Shown piece after piece: positions 1 through 12,795 of a stretch of 64,000 nucleotides of DNA. The notes beneath the pieces were generated by a model that worked only from the letters and a program-made list of their open reading frames with translations, did not search any database and was not told the origin of the DNA. Each line of letters opens with the position of its first letter. Position 1 is the first letter of the stretch. The translations under genes and the position numbers were made by a program. Location: the NCBI RefSeq assembly GCF_902713615.1, contig NC_052162.1, positions 110,511,811 through 110,575,810 of the forward strand. The letters are read 5' to 3'. This stretch comes from Scyliorhinus canicula. Its lineage: Eukaryota.

Positions 1-305
1 CCACAAAACAGCGCAGAAGAGAGGCCTGCTGCTCCTGCGCCCTCTTCCACCAGTCCTCGGGTGTTCCGCCGGCCGCCATTTTGTCTTTCTTCCCCCGCTT
101 TTCTTGGGGAGCTGCTGCAGCTTTTTCCTTTGCCCCACTTCGGGTGAGCACCATAAATTATGGGGAATGCTCCTCTAGACACCTTCCCCCACCGGGATTT
201 GTTGAAACAGCGCCGTTTGGGGCCCTCAAATCAGCCCAAAAGCCCTTAAATAGCGGGAGCTGCCGAACGTGCGGCTTATCTCCGCATAGCCGCAACCGGA
301 AGTCC
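1..305 (-). mobile_element. L1 5' UTR and start of ORF1 (element continues off the left edge)
   Basis: Minus strand begins ACTTCCGGTTGCGGCTATGC, is CpG-rich, and has AAAATGGCGG with ATG at 79 giving MAAGGTPEDW..AQEQQ..LLRCF. This resembles the ORF1 start of fish/shark L1 as I recall it. Confidence 0.6.
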
Positions 306-2550
306 AGGACCAGGTTAGGTTAAGGAACAGGTGTGTTGGGCAGGTTTTTTACTCGAGGTTTGATTCGACATCGAGGGGTGTGGCGATTTTAATGAGCAAA
401 AAATAGGATTCGTGAGTGCGAAGGAGGTGAGGGATCCAGGTGGGAGATATGTGATTGTGAGCGGGGTATTGGAAGGGGCACCCGTAGTGTTAGTAAATGT
501 GTATGCCCCAAATTGGGATGGTGTGGGTTTTATAAGGGTGTTGCTGGCAGCAATCCCGGATTTGGCCACGCACCAGTTGATCATGGGTGGAGATTTTAAC
601 TGTGTCCTCGAGCCGAGGGTGGATAGGTCGAGCCCCAGGTCGATGGGTAGTGAACGAATGGCAAAGGAGCTGGATGGGGTTTATGGAGAGGATGGGTATG
701 GTGGATCCATGGCGCTTTCAGAAGCCAGGGGGAAGGGAGTATTTCTTCTTTTCACACGTCTATAAGGTGTATTCGAGGATTGATTACTTTGTAGTGAGTC
801 GGGAGATTTTGGTTAGGTGGAAGGGGGAAAGTATGCGGTGATAGTTACCTCGAACCATGCACCCCACTGGCTGGATATTTGGTTCCGTACTGGACGAGAG
901 CAGAGGCCAGAGTGGTTTGACTCGGGATTGTTGGCGGATGGAGGTTTTTGTGAGAAGGTGCGGTTGGCGATTAGGGATTATGTGGAGTTCAATCAGAATG
1001 GGGAGGTGTCAGCGGGCATTTTTTGGGAAGCACTGAAGGCAGAGGTCCGGGGAGAAATTATCTAATTTACGGTTCATATGAATAAGGAAAGGAGGGTGGA
1101 ACGTGACCGTCTATTGAGCGAGATAGTGGAGGTGGACAGGGAATATTCTAGAGTGCCCACCATGGAGGGATTGGCAAGGAGAAAAAGGTGCAGGGGGCAA
1201 TTTGATAGGCTGACAACGGGAGGGCGGTAGGGCAACTGCTTAGGGCAAAAGGGGTGAAGTACCAGTATGGGGAGAAGGCGATCCGGATGCTGGCGCACCA
1301 GCTGCAGAGGCAGGCTGCATCCAGGGAAATATTGAAGATCCGGACTGGGGCTGGGAATGTGGTATCAGAGCCAGGGAAAATAAATGAGGCATTTGAGAGT
1401 ATTACCTGAGACTTCATGAGGCAGACCCAGGAGGAGAGGAGGGGGACATGGGGCGGTTTCTGGACCAGCTGGAATTTCTCCAGGTGGAGGAAACAAAGAT
1501 GCAGGTGTTGGAGGAGCCCCTGGGGCTGAGGGAGGTGCTGGAAAGTATCAGGGGTATGAAGTCGGGAAAGGACCCTGGGCAGGAAGGGTACCCGGCAGAA
1601 TTTTATAAGGAATTTGCAGTGGACCTGGCACCACATCTGTTGGGGAAGTTTAATGAAGCACTAGAGAAGGGGGAGTTGCCGGAGATGATGAAGCAGGTGG
1701 TAATCACATTAATTCCCAAAAAAGGGAAGGGTCCAGTGGAATGCGGGTCGTATAGAACACGGATGTGAAAGTATTGGCTAAGTTGTTGGCGGGGAGGATG
1801 GAGGATTGTGTCCCGGGGTGGATACAGAAGATCAAACAGGCTTCGTGAAGAGCAGGCAGCTCGCGAGTAATATAAGACGGCTGTCGAATGTGGTGATGAA
1901 TCCGTCGAGAGCTCTAGTACTGGAGGTGGTGGTGTCCACGGACGTGGAGAAAGCATTTGACCGGGTGGAGTGGCATTACCTGTTTGAAGTTTTGGGAAGG
2001 TTTGGGTTTGGGCCGAGATTTGTGGCATGGGTGTGCTTGCTGTATGTGGTGCCAAGAGCGAGGGTGAGGACGAATGATATGAGCTCACAAAGCTTTGACT
2101 TGCACAGGGGTATGAGGCAGGGGTGCCCACTGTCACCGCTGCTGTTTGCGCTGGCCATAGAGCCATTGGCGATGGCTCTCCGGGGGTTGGTAGAGTGGCG
2201 GGGATAATGAGGGAACAGAGGGAGCATCGCGTGTCGCTCTATGCCGATGACCTCTTGCTTAATGTTTCGGATCCGTTGGAGAGTATGGGAAGGATTTTGG
2301 GCCTGTTGGGGAGATTTGGAGGGTTCTCGGGATTACAAGCTGAATGTAGGGAAAAGCGAGGTATTCCCGGTGAATGCGCTAGCACAGCAGGCTAATTTAG
2401 GGGATGTGTCATTTACGGTAGCGAGGGAATGGACGCAGCTCCATAAGTGGAACATAACAAAGGTGGTGGAGGAAGCCAGGGAGGATCTGAAGAGGTGGGA
2501 TACACTGCACTTAACGCTGGCGGGGAGGGTCCAAGTGGTGAAAATGAATT
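306..2550 (+). mobile_element. Degenerate L1 ORF2 (endonuclease + reverse transcriptase)
   Basis: EN motifs LVNVYAPN, IMGGDFN, YSRIDYF, SNHAP; RT motifs DVEKAFDRVEW, RGMRQGCPLSPLLFALAIEPL, SLYADD. Many frameshifts and stops. Confidence 0.95.
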
Positions 2551-2599
2551 TGGATGGCCGCTTAGCAAAGGTATTTCCTGGAGGGCAGGGTGCATCCTC

Positions 2600-3730
2600 A
2601 AGGTAAGTATGGTTTGCCCCACAGGAAGGGAGGAACAAAGCACCCCCATCAGAATAGTCACCTGGAATGTCAGGGGACTGATCAACACAGTGAAATGTTC
2701 CAGAGTCTTCGCCCACCTGAAAAGTATAAAGGCCAACATAGTCTTCCTCCAAGAAACGCACCTGAGGGAGAGGGACAGACTGCAGATAAGAAAGGACTGG
2801 TGAGACAGACTTACCAATCATGCCAAGTGGCGAGAGCTTCGGGGTGACCATACTCCTCAAGTAAGAGGACAATGTTTTCTGCGATGAAGATGGTTACAGT
2901 CCGAGGGGGGTGGTGCATTATGATTAGTGTGCCTGGAATGGGCACCAGCGGTCCTTCTTAACATGTCTGCTCCCAACTGGGATGACACAAAATTCATAAA
3001 GAATCCCAGGGGGGAAACCCCCGACATAAACACGCACTGACTCATCATGGGAAGGATGGGGCGGGTCACTTTATCTGCGTACAGGACCCATGGACAGACC
3101 GATCAAACCCCAAATCGAGGGGAAAAATCTAATATGGCGAAAGAACTAGGCACGTTCTTGGAATAGATGGGGGCATTGGACACCTGGAGGTTCACACACT
3201 CGGGGGGTGGGGAATTCTCCTTCTTCTCACAGGTACACAGAGTACTTGCCAGGATCGACTTCTTTGTAGTGGGGAAATCGGTGGTTCGAGCAATAGTAAG
3301 AGCGGAATGCCTCACAATCCTAACCTCCAACCACGCTCCAGACCACATGGATGTGAGATTGGGGATGGTCCGGGCCCAACGACCCCCCCCCCCCACCCCC
3401 CCCCCCCCCCCCCCCCCCCCATGGATGGTCAGGGCCCACCTGACCGATAAGGCCTTTTGCAAAAGAATATCACAGACCATAAACGGATATATTACCAATA
3501 AACAAAAAGTGAGGTCTCACCCTCCACGTGCTGGGAGACGCTGAAAGCCGGGATCAGAGGAGAGATTATCCTTTACAAAATTTGTAGAGACAGGGAAGGG
3601 AGGGTGGCTAGACAAAACCTGGTGAACTCCATACTAGAGGTGCACTGGGAGTAATCCGCAGTCCCTACAGTAGAGCTTCTGCGGGAGAGGACAAAACTGC
3701 AAATTGACTTTGACCTGCTCTCCACGATGC
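2600..3730 (+). mobile_element. Second degenerate L1 ORF2 fragment (endonuclease domain)
   Basis: IVTWNVRGL..IVFLQETHL, ARIDFF, TSNHAP; different subfamily fused directly after the first copy; poly-C tract at ~3383-3420. Confidence 0.9.
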
Positions 3731-4967
3731 CACAAAGTGGCTGTCCTTGGGGTCTCTATACAATGGCTGCTGATTGTTGATTTATATAATCACCTGTGTG
3801 AATATATTGAGTTTTTGAATATATTGTGTTCTCGATCCTTTAGATTCTTAAATCGTGCCTTTCAATTGGTCAAATGTAAAAGTTACTCCATTTTTTTGGG
3901 AAAGGAGACAGGGAAATTTAGGTCACTCAAGTCCTGTCACTTTACTGTTAGTGAAAGGAAATGACTAACTTATGACAATAACGGAATGACTGATCATGTG
4001 ACCAAGTATAAATGGAGCAAAATGTCATCTTAGTCGTGTAAAAAGTACATTTTGTTTGATGAATGTTTGGACTTTTATTGCGCATTCACGAGGATGATGG
4101 ATAGGGAAGAAAGCAACTAGTGTTTTCCTGCCTTGAATTCCTGAGTCATTTCATATAATTGCACTTTGGACTTTATTAGCGAAAGAGAGGATATAATTGG
4201 TGACAACCTTTGCCATGGATTGGTAAATTGATTCAAAGAAAGACATACAGCATGTGATTAAAGGCAGCGCGTGCGCATAGAAACATTGGACCAGACGTGG
4301 ACCATTCGGCCCTTCGAGCCTGCTCCATCATTCTAGAATATCACGGCCGATCCTATTGCTGCATCAAGACCAGGCTGACACACCCCCCCTCCCCCCAAAC
4401 CCCATAGCCATTGCCTCCCTTGTCTGCCCAACACTTATCTAACTCAGTTTTGAATTAATTGAATGACCCAACCTTCACTCCTTTATGGGGAAGAGAGTTT
4501 CCACAGGCGAACGACTCTTTGTGGGAATTGAAAAGCACCCTAATCACAGGTTCTGACCCCGAGTTCTGCCCCATCTCCTCAACAAGAGGACACGCCCTCC
4601 TCGTCTCCACCCTGTCAAATCCCCTCAGAACCGTATTTATTTCAATAGATTCAGATCTCATTCATTTACGCTCCATGTATACAGAACAAATCTCATCCAC
4701 GTTTCTTCATGAGATAAATCCTCCATCCCAGGAATGAGTTAAGTGACCTTGTTTGTTTGTGTTACATCGTTGGCATATGACGACCAGAGTTCCACAGGGA
4801 TCTCTACTGACACTCCCCAACTGCTATTAATTAGCATAATGAAGAAAGTTGCTCATCCACTTGACCAGTGACGTTAGATACGAGGTAACAGTAACGAACG
4901 GATGTGGAAGCAGAAAATTCCAAAGGAGGGAATACGGGTGGCATGTTATCATTATGCGTTCATAGAC

Positions 4968-5318
4968 CTATTCATAAAAGTTACAGTGCAGAAGGAGGCT
5001 ATTCGGCCCATCGAGTCTGTACCGGCTCTTTGATAGAGCACCCTACCCAATCCCACACCTCCACCTTATCCCCATAACCCACTAACACGACCCAACAATA
5101 AGGGCAATTTTAGACACTCAGGGAGATTTTGTAGCATGACCAATCCACCTAACCTGCACATCTTTGGACTGTGGGAGGAAACCGGAGCACCCGTAGTAAA
5201 CCCGCGCACACACGGGGAGAACGTGCAGACTCCGCACAGACAGTGAACCAAGCCGGGAATCGAACCTGGGACACTGGAGCTGTGAAGCAATTGTGCTAAC
5301 CACCATGCTACCGTGCTG
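4968..5318 (-). mobile_element. tRNA-derived SINE (HE1-like)
   Basis: tRNA-like head with B box GGTTCGATTCC, core GTTAGGTGGATTGG, tail CCTTCTGCACTGTAA. Confidence 0.9.
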
Positions 5319-6114
5319 TCAAAGTTGCATAAGCTTATTCTGTATTGGTACTATATGTTTAAAATTAAGGTAATCAGCTGGGGACATGTAACTTCTTCTG
5401 CCATCTGCCTGCTGGTTAGTATGGGGGCTTTGATTGTTACAGTCAAACCAATAGCTCCGATTGCTTTGCTGGGATGAAGGTGGAAGGTATCTCGACTTGG
5501 ACACAATGACAGCGGCTCTAAGTTTAGCGTGAGCAGAGCTTGAAACTCTCAGACTAAAAAAGTGTACGGGTTACAGGTTTGCAACAATTGTGTCGCGAAT
5601 TGTCTGCTTGCTTCTGAGATAAACGAGAGTTGGCCTCTCAGGGCTTAAATTACCACTTACATGTTTTGCATATCGCTTCAGAGAAAATGGCTGTGGCACG
5701 ATTTTTGACCTCACGGTAAAAGCGTCCATACTAATCAAAGAATATGGTAGTGGTCAGAAGAGGTAAATATGCTTTTCAATATTTCGCAAGCTGACCACAA
5801 CTGATCTTGGAGGGAGGCAGCCTCCAGTCCAAAGGATGCATTGAAGATATCAGAATAGGTCACAATACAACATTCATTTGCCTTAATCTTAAAACTACTG
5901 TGGCAAAATAGAGTAATCTCATGCATCTCATCATAGCAACATGGCTCACTAACTGCGCTTTGTTTTTAATTCTCTCCTCCCAAAAGACGCATCCTTCAGC
6001 CAAATAAGGAACTCCAGCAGCTTCCAGGACCAGAGCTAAATTTGTTGTCCTGGAAGTCCACTGATTCGGTCCCGGCGTCTCTGAAATGGAGAAACCCGCC
6101 CCACTGTGTTTTGG

Positions 6115-6680
6115 CCTCAGCTACTTTCTGTGATAGAGAATTCCACCGGCCGAACACTCTATAAGAAGACATTTCTCCTCATCTCCGACCTAAACGGTCT
6201 GTCCTGTTTCCTTAGACTGCGGCCCCTGGTTCTGGGCACCACCACTATCGGGAACATCCTTCCTGCATCTACCCTGTCTAGTCCTGTTGGAATTATATAG
6301 GTTTCTATAAGATCACTACACGTTCTTGTGAACTTCTGCGAATGCAATTCGAACTGTCTCAATCTCTCCTCACACTTCACTCCCACCAACCCAGGAATCA
6401 GTCTGGTAAACGTTCGCTGCACTCTCTCTATAGCAAGAAAATGCTTCCTCAGATAAAGGGACCAAAACTGCTCACAATATTCCAAGTGTGGTCTAACCAA
6501 GGCCCTGTAAAATTGCAGCAAGACATGCCCAATCCTACACTCGAATCACCCCGCTTTGAAGGGCAACATACCATTTGTCTCTTTACCTCCTGCTGTACTT
6601 GCATGCTTACCTTCAGCAACTGTTGCACAAGGAGACCCACGTATTGTTGCACTTTCCCCTCTCCCAATTTATGGCTATAG
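6115..6680 (-). mobile_element. CR1 LINE 3' fragment
   Basis: [31 protein letters not shown], the CR1 ORF2 C-terminus. Confidence 0.9.
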
Positions 6681-7226
6681 AGATAGCAATCTGCTTTTCA
6701 CGTTGGCTGCCATATGGAGCATTGATCAGTTCAGCACACATAATTCTCTTCAAATGCAGACATTAGCCAAAATGTACCTATCTCTGGATTGTCAGAAATC
6801 TGGTTCACGATACATGTCGAAAGCGGGCAAGGGCCTGCTTTGTTGATCGTGCTTGGACTTTGCAGTGAAGTTCTGATTTGTGATGGATGTTTGGAATGTC
6901 CCCAGCTCCTTCCTAGGCTTCTTCTTTTGTGAGCTGGGGTCCATATTTGGTGCAGTTCTGATGTACCTGCCTGAATAGTTATTCACATAATCTTTGAAGA
7001 ATTATAGCCTCGACCCCATCCTGGCACACAGCCACCACCCGCCACGCACTCACACTGATACACCCGACTCCTCCTGATCCACATGACCTGCTACTCCCAA
7101 TTGTCACCGGACCAACCCTCTAGAACATTTGATAAACCTTAATGCCCCCTAAATCCTGACTCCGCCTGACCCGACTACACCCACTCAACCCCTCACCGAC
7201 CAAATCCAACTACCATGACGATTCTT

Positions 7227-7573
7227 GGAATAGAATAGAATAGAATTCTACAGTGAAGAAGGAGGCTTTTCAGCCCATTGAGTCTGCAATGACCCTCTGA
7301 AAGAGCACTCTATCTAGGCCCACTTCCCCCACGCTATGTCCGTAAACCCACCTAACCTACACATCTTTGAACACTAAGGGACAATTCATCATGGTCATTC
7401 CACCTAACGTACACATCTTTGGACTGTGGGTGGAAACCGAAGCACCTGGAAGAAACCCACGCAGACAAGGGGAAAATGTACAGAATCCACACAGACAGTC
7501 ACCCAAGGCCGGAATAGAATTCGGATCCCTGATGCTATGAGGCAGCGGAGTTAACTACTGTGCCACCATGCCG
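7227..7573 (-). mobile_element. HE1-like SINE
   Basis: Same head/core/tail as 4968-5318; (ATAGA)n tail on the plus strand. Confidence 0.85.
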
Positions 7574-8364
7574 CTTGTTCCCATGTGACAACTTGAGTCA
7601 ACTTGACGAACGTCTACCACCTGACAAGAGCCCACGGTCGACCTGAGTATTCCCCTGGCATTGCCAGATTCTGACGCACCTCCCCAAACACCCACTGCAC
7701 AGCTACTCAACTCACCCACCTGCCACTTTCTCCACAATCCATCTCACATAACTGCCCATTCTAGATATCTGCCACTTCTTCCATTTTTCCCTCAACCCCA
7801 TGCCATATTAATATTAATTGTGGTCACTGGACAAGTTGTCCACACACTAGGAGGGGCATGGTGAAACATTGGTTCGCAGGTTAAAAATTGAGCCGCCCAA
7901 GCCTTTGCTGGTAACTGTACACGTCACCCCCCACCCCGCCCCCCTCCCCCAGCAACCCCACTGCTAACATTTAGGATCTGCATATTTAATCTACTGCCAT
8001 CAACTCTGAACTGCACTGAGGACACATTGCACCCACTAAACTTGCAATCCTTCAGGCACAGCAATTGAAGCGGTGATTAAATAGAGTTGCTGAAATTGAT
8101 TAGTGAAATATACAGCGTGATTACAAATAGTAAGCTAAATTCGGCACACATTAGCTAAGCAAGGTGCAATTTTATTATTTGCAGTCTAGAGGAATGAAAT
8201 GCAATCATATTGAAACTTCACACTCGTAAAGGAGCTTGACAGGGTCAACGCTGAGAGATTATTCCCATTGCTTGGGAATCTAACACAAGGGGGCAGCAAC
8301 TGAGGAGAAGGAACCGGTCATCTCAGACATCACTTCGGAGAAATGTATTAACTCAACTGGTTGT

Positions 8365-9511
8365 GTTACCCTTGGGTCTGTATCGATTGGGTAGGCAGTG
8401 TTTTATAGGCAGAAAATCGATTTGGGACAGGAGTATTGGCAGGTTCCTTTAAAGCCCAGAGCTAATAGACATCTGTCTTTGTGACAGGAAGGGCATTGTA
8501 CCTGTGTGAAGTGATGCTGTCATATTTAAAAATGCACCAGCTACATTTCAACAATTCATACATCAAATATTGGCTAGGGTTCTTAACTGCGTGGTCTATT
8601 TGGCCGACGAGGTAGTTTACAGTGACACACGGAATGTGCATGCAGGACAATTTGAGTAGTTATTCAAATAACTGCGGTTGGCCGATTTAGTCATCAACTT
8701 GGCCAACAGTGAGATTGCCAAAGCAAAAATGACCTACCTGAACACAGTGTGACAGGGACAAGTTGTACTCAGAACAGCTAATGGTAAGGGCGTTACTAGA
8801 TGTTCATGCTTCCAAAATGAAACGGGAGATTATGAGGTTCCCTGGGATGTTTACATTCTGGAGAGAATTTGTGCTTAACTTTAGAACCATAATGGTAAGT
8901 TTGATGACTGTATTACAAGAGTGTTTGGACCTTGAAAGTGAAAGGAAAGAAATCTCTCCTGCTTGTTGAAGTATAAGAACTGTTCTATTGTTCTAAACCC
9001 AGTGAATGCCTGACACATCCTCAGCTGTGAGCCTGAAATGATGCTAAGTCTGCAGAGAAGGTACACAATCCTGCCAGACAAAACCATCTCAAGCCTAGAA
9101 AGGAAGAAGTCCTAAAACGAAAGTCTGAAGTTCATAAAAATATTGACTGGAAGTCACCCCAGTGCAACAGGATCCTTATACTTCCGTTTTTATTAATAGT
9201 TTCTTTCCATCTCCACCACCCTTTCCCCTCTGTATTGTTTGTCTGTGCGTGTGCTTAGAGAGAGTGGGGTGAGTTAGGAGGGCTGTTGGGAAAGGGATAG
9301 TAGCTAGTCATTTACATCTTCTATTTGATTATAACGCTGTACATAATAAAAGGTTTATTTGCGTTTTAACGTTAAACGCCTAATGACTGTCGTTTATTGG
9401 GTTCTTCCAAGGATCTCAGGTATTTTAAACAAAATCTCATTTCACCTGTGTTGCGACTTCAGGCTAAGTGGGACTGGAATTGATTACACGCTAGCCCAGG
9501 GTGTCGTGACA
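8365..9511 (+). mobile_element. Gypsy remnant: RT fragment (8365-8763) joined to an LTR (~8764-9511)
   Basis: Decayed KIDL..YWQVPL, NAPATFQ, VYLAD(D), LVINLANSE motifs. The LTR part has AATAAA near 9345, ends GTCGTGACA and is homologous to 46470-47995 in the opposite orientation. Confidence 0.75.
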
Positions 9512-9539
9512 CAAGGGATATGTGGGTGCATCAATTAAG

Positions 9540-10080
9540 GGATATGAATACTGTGTCTACAAGAGCAAGTCAGAGATCAGTAAACCTGTGGCAAGTAACT
9601 CACCTCCTGACTCCCCAAGTACGTCCAATGCAAGGTACAAGGCAAGAGTGTGATAGAATACTCTCCACTTGCCTGGATGAGTGCAGCTCCAACAACACTC
9701 AAGAGGTTTGATGCCTTCGAGGTCAAAACCGTCCCGCTTGATTGACACCACATCCACAAACATTCACTCCCTCCATCACCGATGCACAGTGGCAGCCGTG
9801 TGTACCATCTACAAGATGCACTGCAGGAATTTGCCACGGTCCCTTAGACAGCACCTTCCAAACCCATGACCGCTACCATCTAGAAGAACATTGGCAGCAG
9901 ATACCTGGAAACCCCACCACCTGGAGGTTGCCCTCCAAGTCTCTCACCATCCTGACTTGGAAATTCATCGGCCTTTCCTTCACTGTCTCTGGGTCAAAAT
10001 CCTGTAATCTTCCCCTGCCCCCGGCCCCACAGCACTCTGGATGTACCTACACCTCAGGCACTGCAGTGGTTCAAGAAGGC
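9540..10080 (+). mobile_element. CR1-group LINE 3' fragment
   Basis: HSLHHRCTVAAVCTIYKMHC..LRQHLPNP; related pieces on the minus strand at ~25130-25280 and ~52715-53900. Confidence 0.75.
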
Positions 10081-10089
10081 AGGTCAAAT

Positions 10090-10397
10090 TGGCAGCACGG
10101 TAGCACAAGAGGCTTCACAGTGTCACGGTCCCAGGTTTGAGTCCCCGCTGAGACACTGTCTGTGCAGAGTCTGCACGTTCTCCACGTGCTTGCGTAGGTT
10201 TCCTCTGGGTGCTCCGGTTTCCTCCCACAGTCCAAAGTCGTGCAAGTTTGGAGAATTGGCCAAGCTAAATTTCCCTTAGTGTCTAAAAAGGTTAGGAGGG
10301 GTTATTGGGTTATGGGGATAGGGTTGAAGTGAGGGCTTAAGTAGGTCGGTGCAGACTCAATGGGCCTTCTTCTTCACTGCATGCTCTATGTTCTATG
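10090..10397 (+). mobile_element. HE1-like SINE
   Basis: GGCAGCACGGTAGCA head, conserved core, (TTCTATG)n tail. Confidence 0.85.
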
Positions 10398-11032
10398 TCA
10401 CCACCAACTCCTCAAAGACATCGATAGTGGGACAATAAATGCTGGTCTCAATAGTGACAGTGAAATCTCATGAATGAAGTTTAAAAATGAGAATCGGGTA
10501 AGGAATGGATTTAAAGCTCAAGGTTATTCATTGTGGTATTGAAAGGCGGGGCAAGCTGGTGGGCCACAATGCCCACTCCTGATCCTATTTCTTTTCACAC
10601 AGTGCAGAATCTTGGAGTGAAACTGTGTCATGTCCCCTTTACTACAAGAAGGTGTGTGCCCCTCTTTGATACGTTTCCACACAGTAAAACCAACCTCAAA
10701 ACCCTTTGGCGATTTAAAAATAACTTATTGTGATCTGTTTCTTCATTCATGGGATGTGGACTCCCTGGGTCAGCATTTCTCGCCTGTCCCCAATTGCCCT
10801 TCAACTGAATAACTTGCTCGGCCTTTTAAGAGTCAACCACATTGTAGTAACTCTGAAGGCATAGGTAGGCCAAACCAGCTAAGTATGGCAGATCTCCTTT
10901 CCAAAACGTCTTGAGTGAACCTGTTGTTTTAGTTTCGTTATCACGATCGTTTCATGATCATCATCAGGCTTTTAATCTCGGATTTTATTGGATTTTATAG
11001 AAGCCTATTTGGCTTCGAACCCGAGTAAATTA

Positions 11033-11545
11033 GAATCCAATTAGAATCCCTACAGTGCAGAAGGAAGCCATTCAGTCCATCGAGTCCGCACTGATCCTCA
11101 GAAAGTGCACCCGACCCCCACAACCCAAAGATGTACAGGGTAGGTGGATTGGCCACGCTAAATTGCCCCTTGATTGAAAAAAAAAGGAAGTGCAGCCTAC
11201 CTGGGTCCACTCCCCCACCCTATCACCGTAGCCTCGCAACCCCACCTAACCTGTACATATTTAGGCACTAATGGGCAATTTTCTGCATGGTCAATCCACC
11301 TAACCTGCACATATGGGGACACCAAAGGGCAATTTTCTGTATGACCAATCCACCTAACCTGCTCATCTTTGGGCACTGAGGCAAGTTTTAGCATAGCCAA
11401 TCCACCTAATCGCACATCTTCAAACACTAAGGGGCAATTTAGCATAGCCAATCCAAATGACCTGCACATCTTTGAACGCTAAGGGGCAATATTTAGCACG
11501 GCCATCCCACCTAACGTGCACATCTTTGGATACTAAGGGGCAATT
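11033..11545 (-). mobile_element. HE1-like SINE with an internal ~50-bp segment tandemly amplified
   Basis: About six diverged copies of CCACCTAACCTGCACATCTTTGGACACTAAGGGGCAATTTAGCATGGCCAAT between 11241 and 11545. Confidence 0.85.
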
Positions 11546-12462
11546 TTAAATTCTTATTTTTATTCTTCTTTTATTAACTAATTACTTTAAGTGGACAGGA
11601 TCCTCTGGGCGACCAGGAGGCTTAGAATCGCAACTAAGGATGAGCTTATGGTCTGCACTGTCCAAGTTTCTCCTCTAGGGGCCACCAAAAGCTGGAAATT
11701 TATGAAACATCAGAGTGAGTGACGCAACCATCGGTGATCATTCTGAAGCTGATAAAAGGCAAAGTGTTATGATCCGTGATGAGAATCTGATTATTTGCAA
11801 TGTATAAAACTATGAGAGAAAGATGTCTGCACTATCGGATGATAACACAGACCAAAGGTATATTTTATGTCAAAACATACTTTAATTTAAACACAGAATT
11901 AACAACATGAACAACAAAGTAATATATTTACAATCAACAGTTCTTAAATCAAAGAAGGAAATCTAACTTACTTCCTAAATCTGCCAATAAATATTCCAAT
12001 TATCAAACCAATAAAACTCAAATACGACTAATAAGTAAAGTTAACAACCAGGTTTTGCCTGTTTTTCTTTGTGCACTTTCCTCGGAGAGAAAGTTTTTCA
12101 AGAACAAACTGAAAACAATTCTTCTCAGACTGAAGTCCTCTGGAAAACTGACCACAGAAAGGACGGGCTTCTCCCCTTAATAACATTATTCTTACCCACA
12201 GAATAAGGTATTATTCTGTCTTCTCCCACTAAGATATCCCAAGATCTGTTTAGCCAGGACCAAATACAATTCCTCATAAATTAACTACAACCCAAGGACC
12301 TTCAAACCAAAACAATATTCCATCAGCCAGCTATTTGTAAAGAAGTAAATGGTAAAAATTAATGATTATCTCACTTTGACAATCCCTTAATCACATATTT
12401 AGCAGACATAGTTTCTAAATCTTATCCAGGTTTTTAAATATTATTATTACAAGAAATATAAA

Positions 12463-12795
12463 TGATGTGGAGATGCCAGCATTGGACTGGGGTGAGCACA
12501 GTAAGAAGTCTTACAACATCAGGTTAAAATCCAACAGGTTTGTTTTGAATCACTAGCTTTCGGAGCGCTGCTACTTCCTCAGTACCCAGTCTGCCACTCC
12601 TGTTGTTCGAATTCAGGATTCCGTCGGTCACGGGCGGTGGAAGGTGTAGGAGTTCTTTGGTGGTATTCCGTATGATTTGATCCAAATTGCGGAGCGTATT
12701 CTGCGATACCTCTGAGGAAGGAGCAGTGCTCCGAAAGCTAGTGATTCAAAACAAACCTGTTCGACTTTAACTTGGTGTTGTGAGACATCTTACTG
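12463..12795 (-). mobile_element. Penelope-like terminal inverted repeat (arms 12499-12582 and 12712-12795) enclosing a 129-bp R2 retrotransposon fragment
   Basis: Arms match the PLE terminus at 43155-43272. The spacer translates on minus to VSQNTLRNLDQIIRNTTKELLHLPPPVTDGILNSNNRSGRLG. Diverged TSD AAGAAATATAAA/AACAAACATAAA. Confidence 0.8.
12712..12742 (+). ncRNA. Minimal PLE-type hammerhead ribozyme motif
   Basis: CTGAGGA-A-GGAGC AGT GCTCC-GAAA-GCTAG: CUGANGA core, stem II, GAAA. Mirror copy on minus at ~12552-12582. Confidence 0.6.

Noticed and set aside
11672-11686. CTCF-like motif (also ~42832-42846)
   Set aside because: Imperfect short matches that cannot be supported without PWM scoring or ChIP data.
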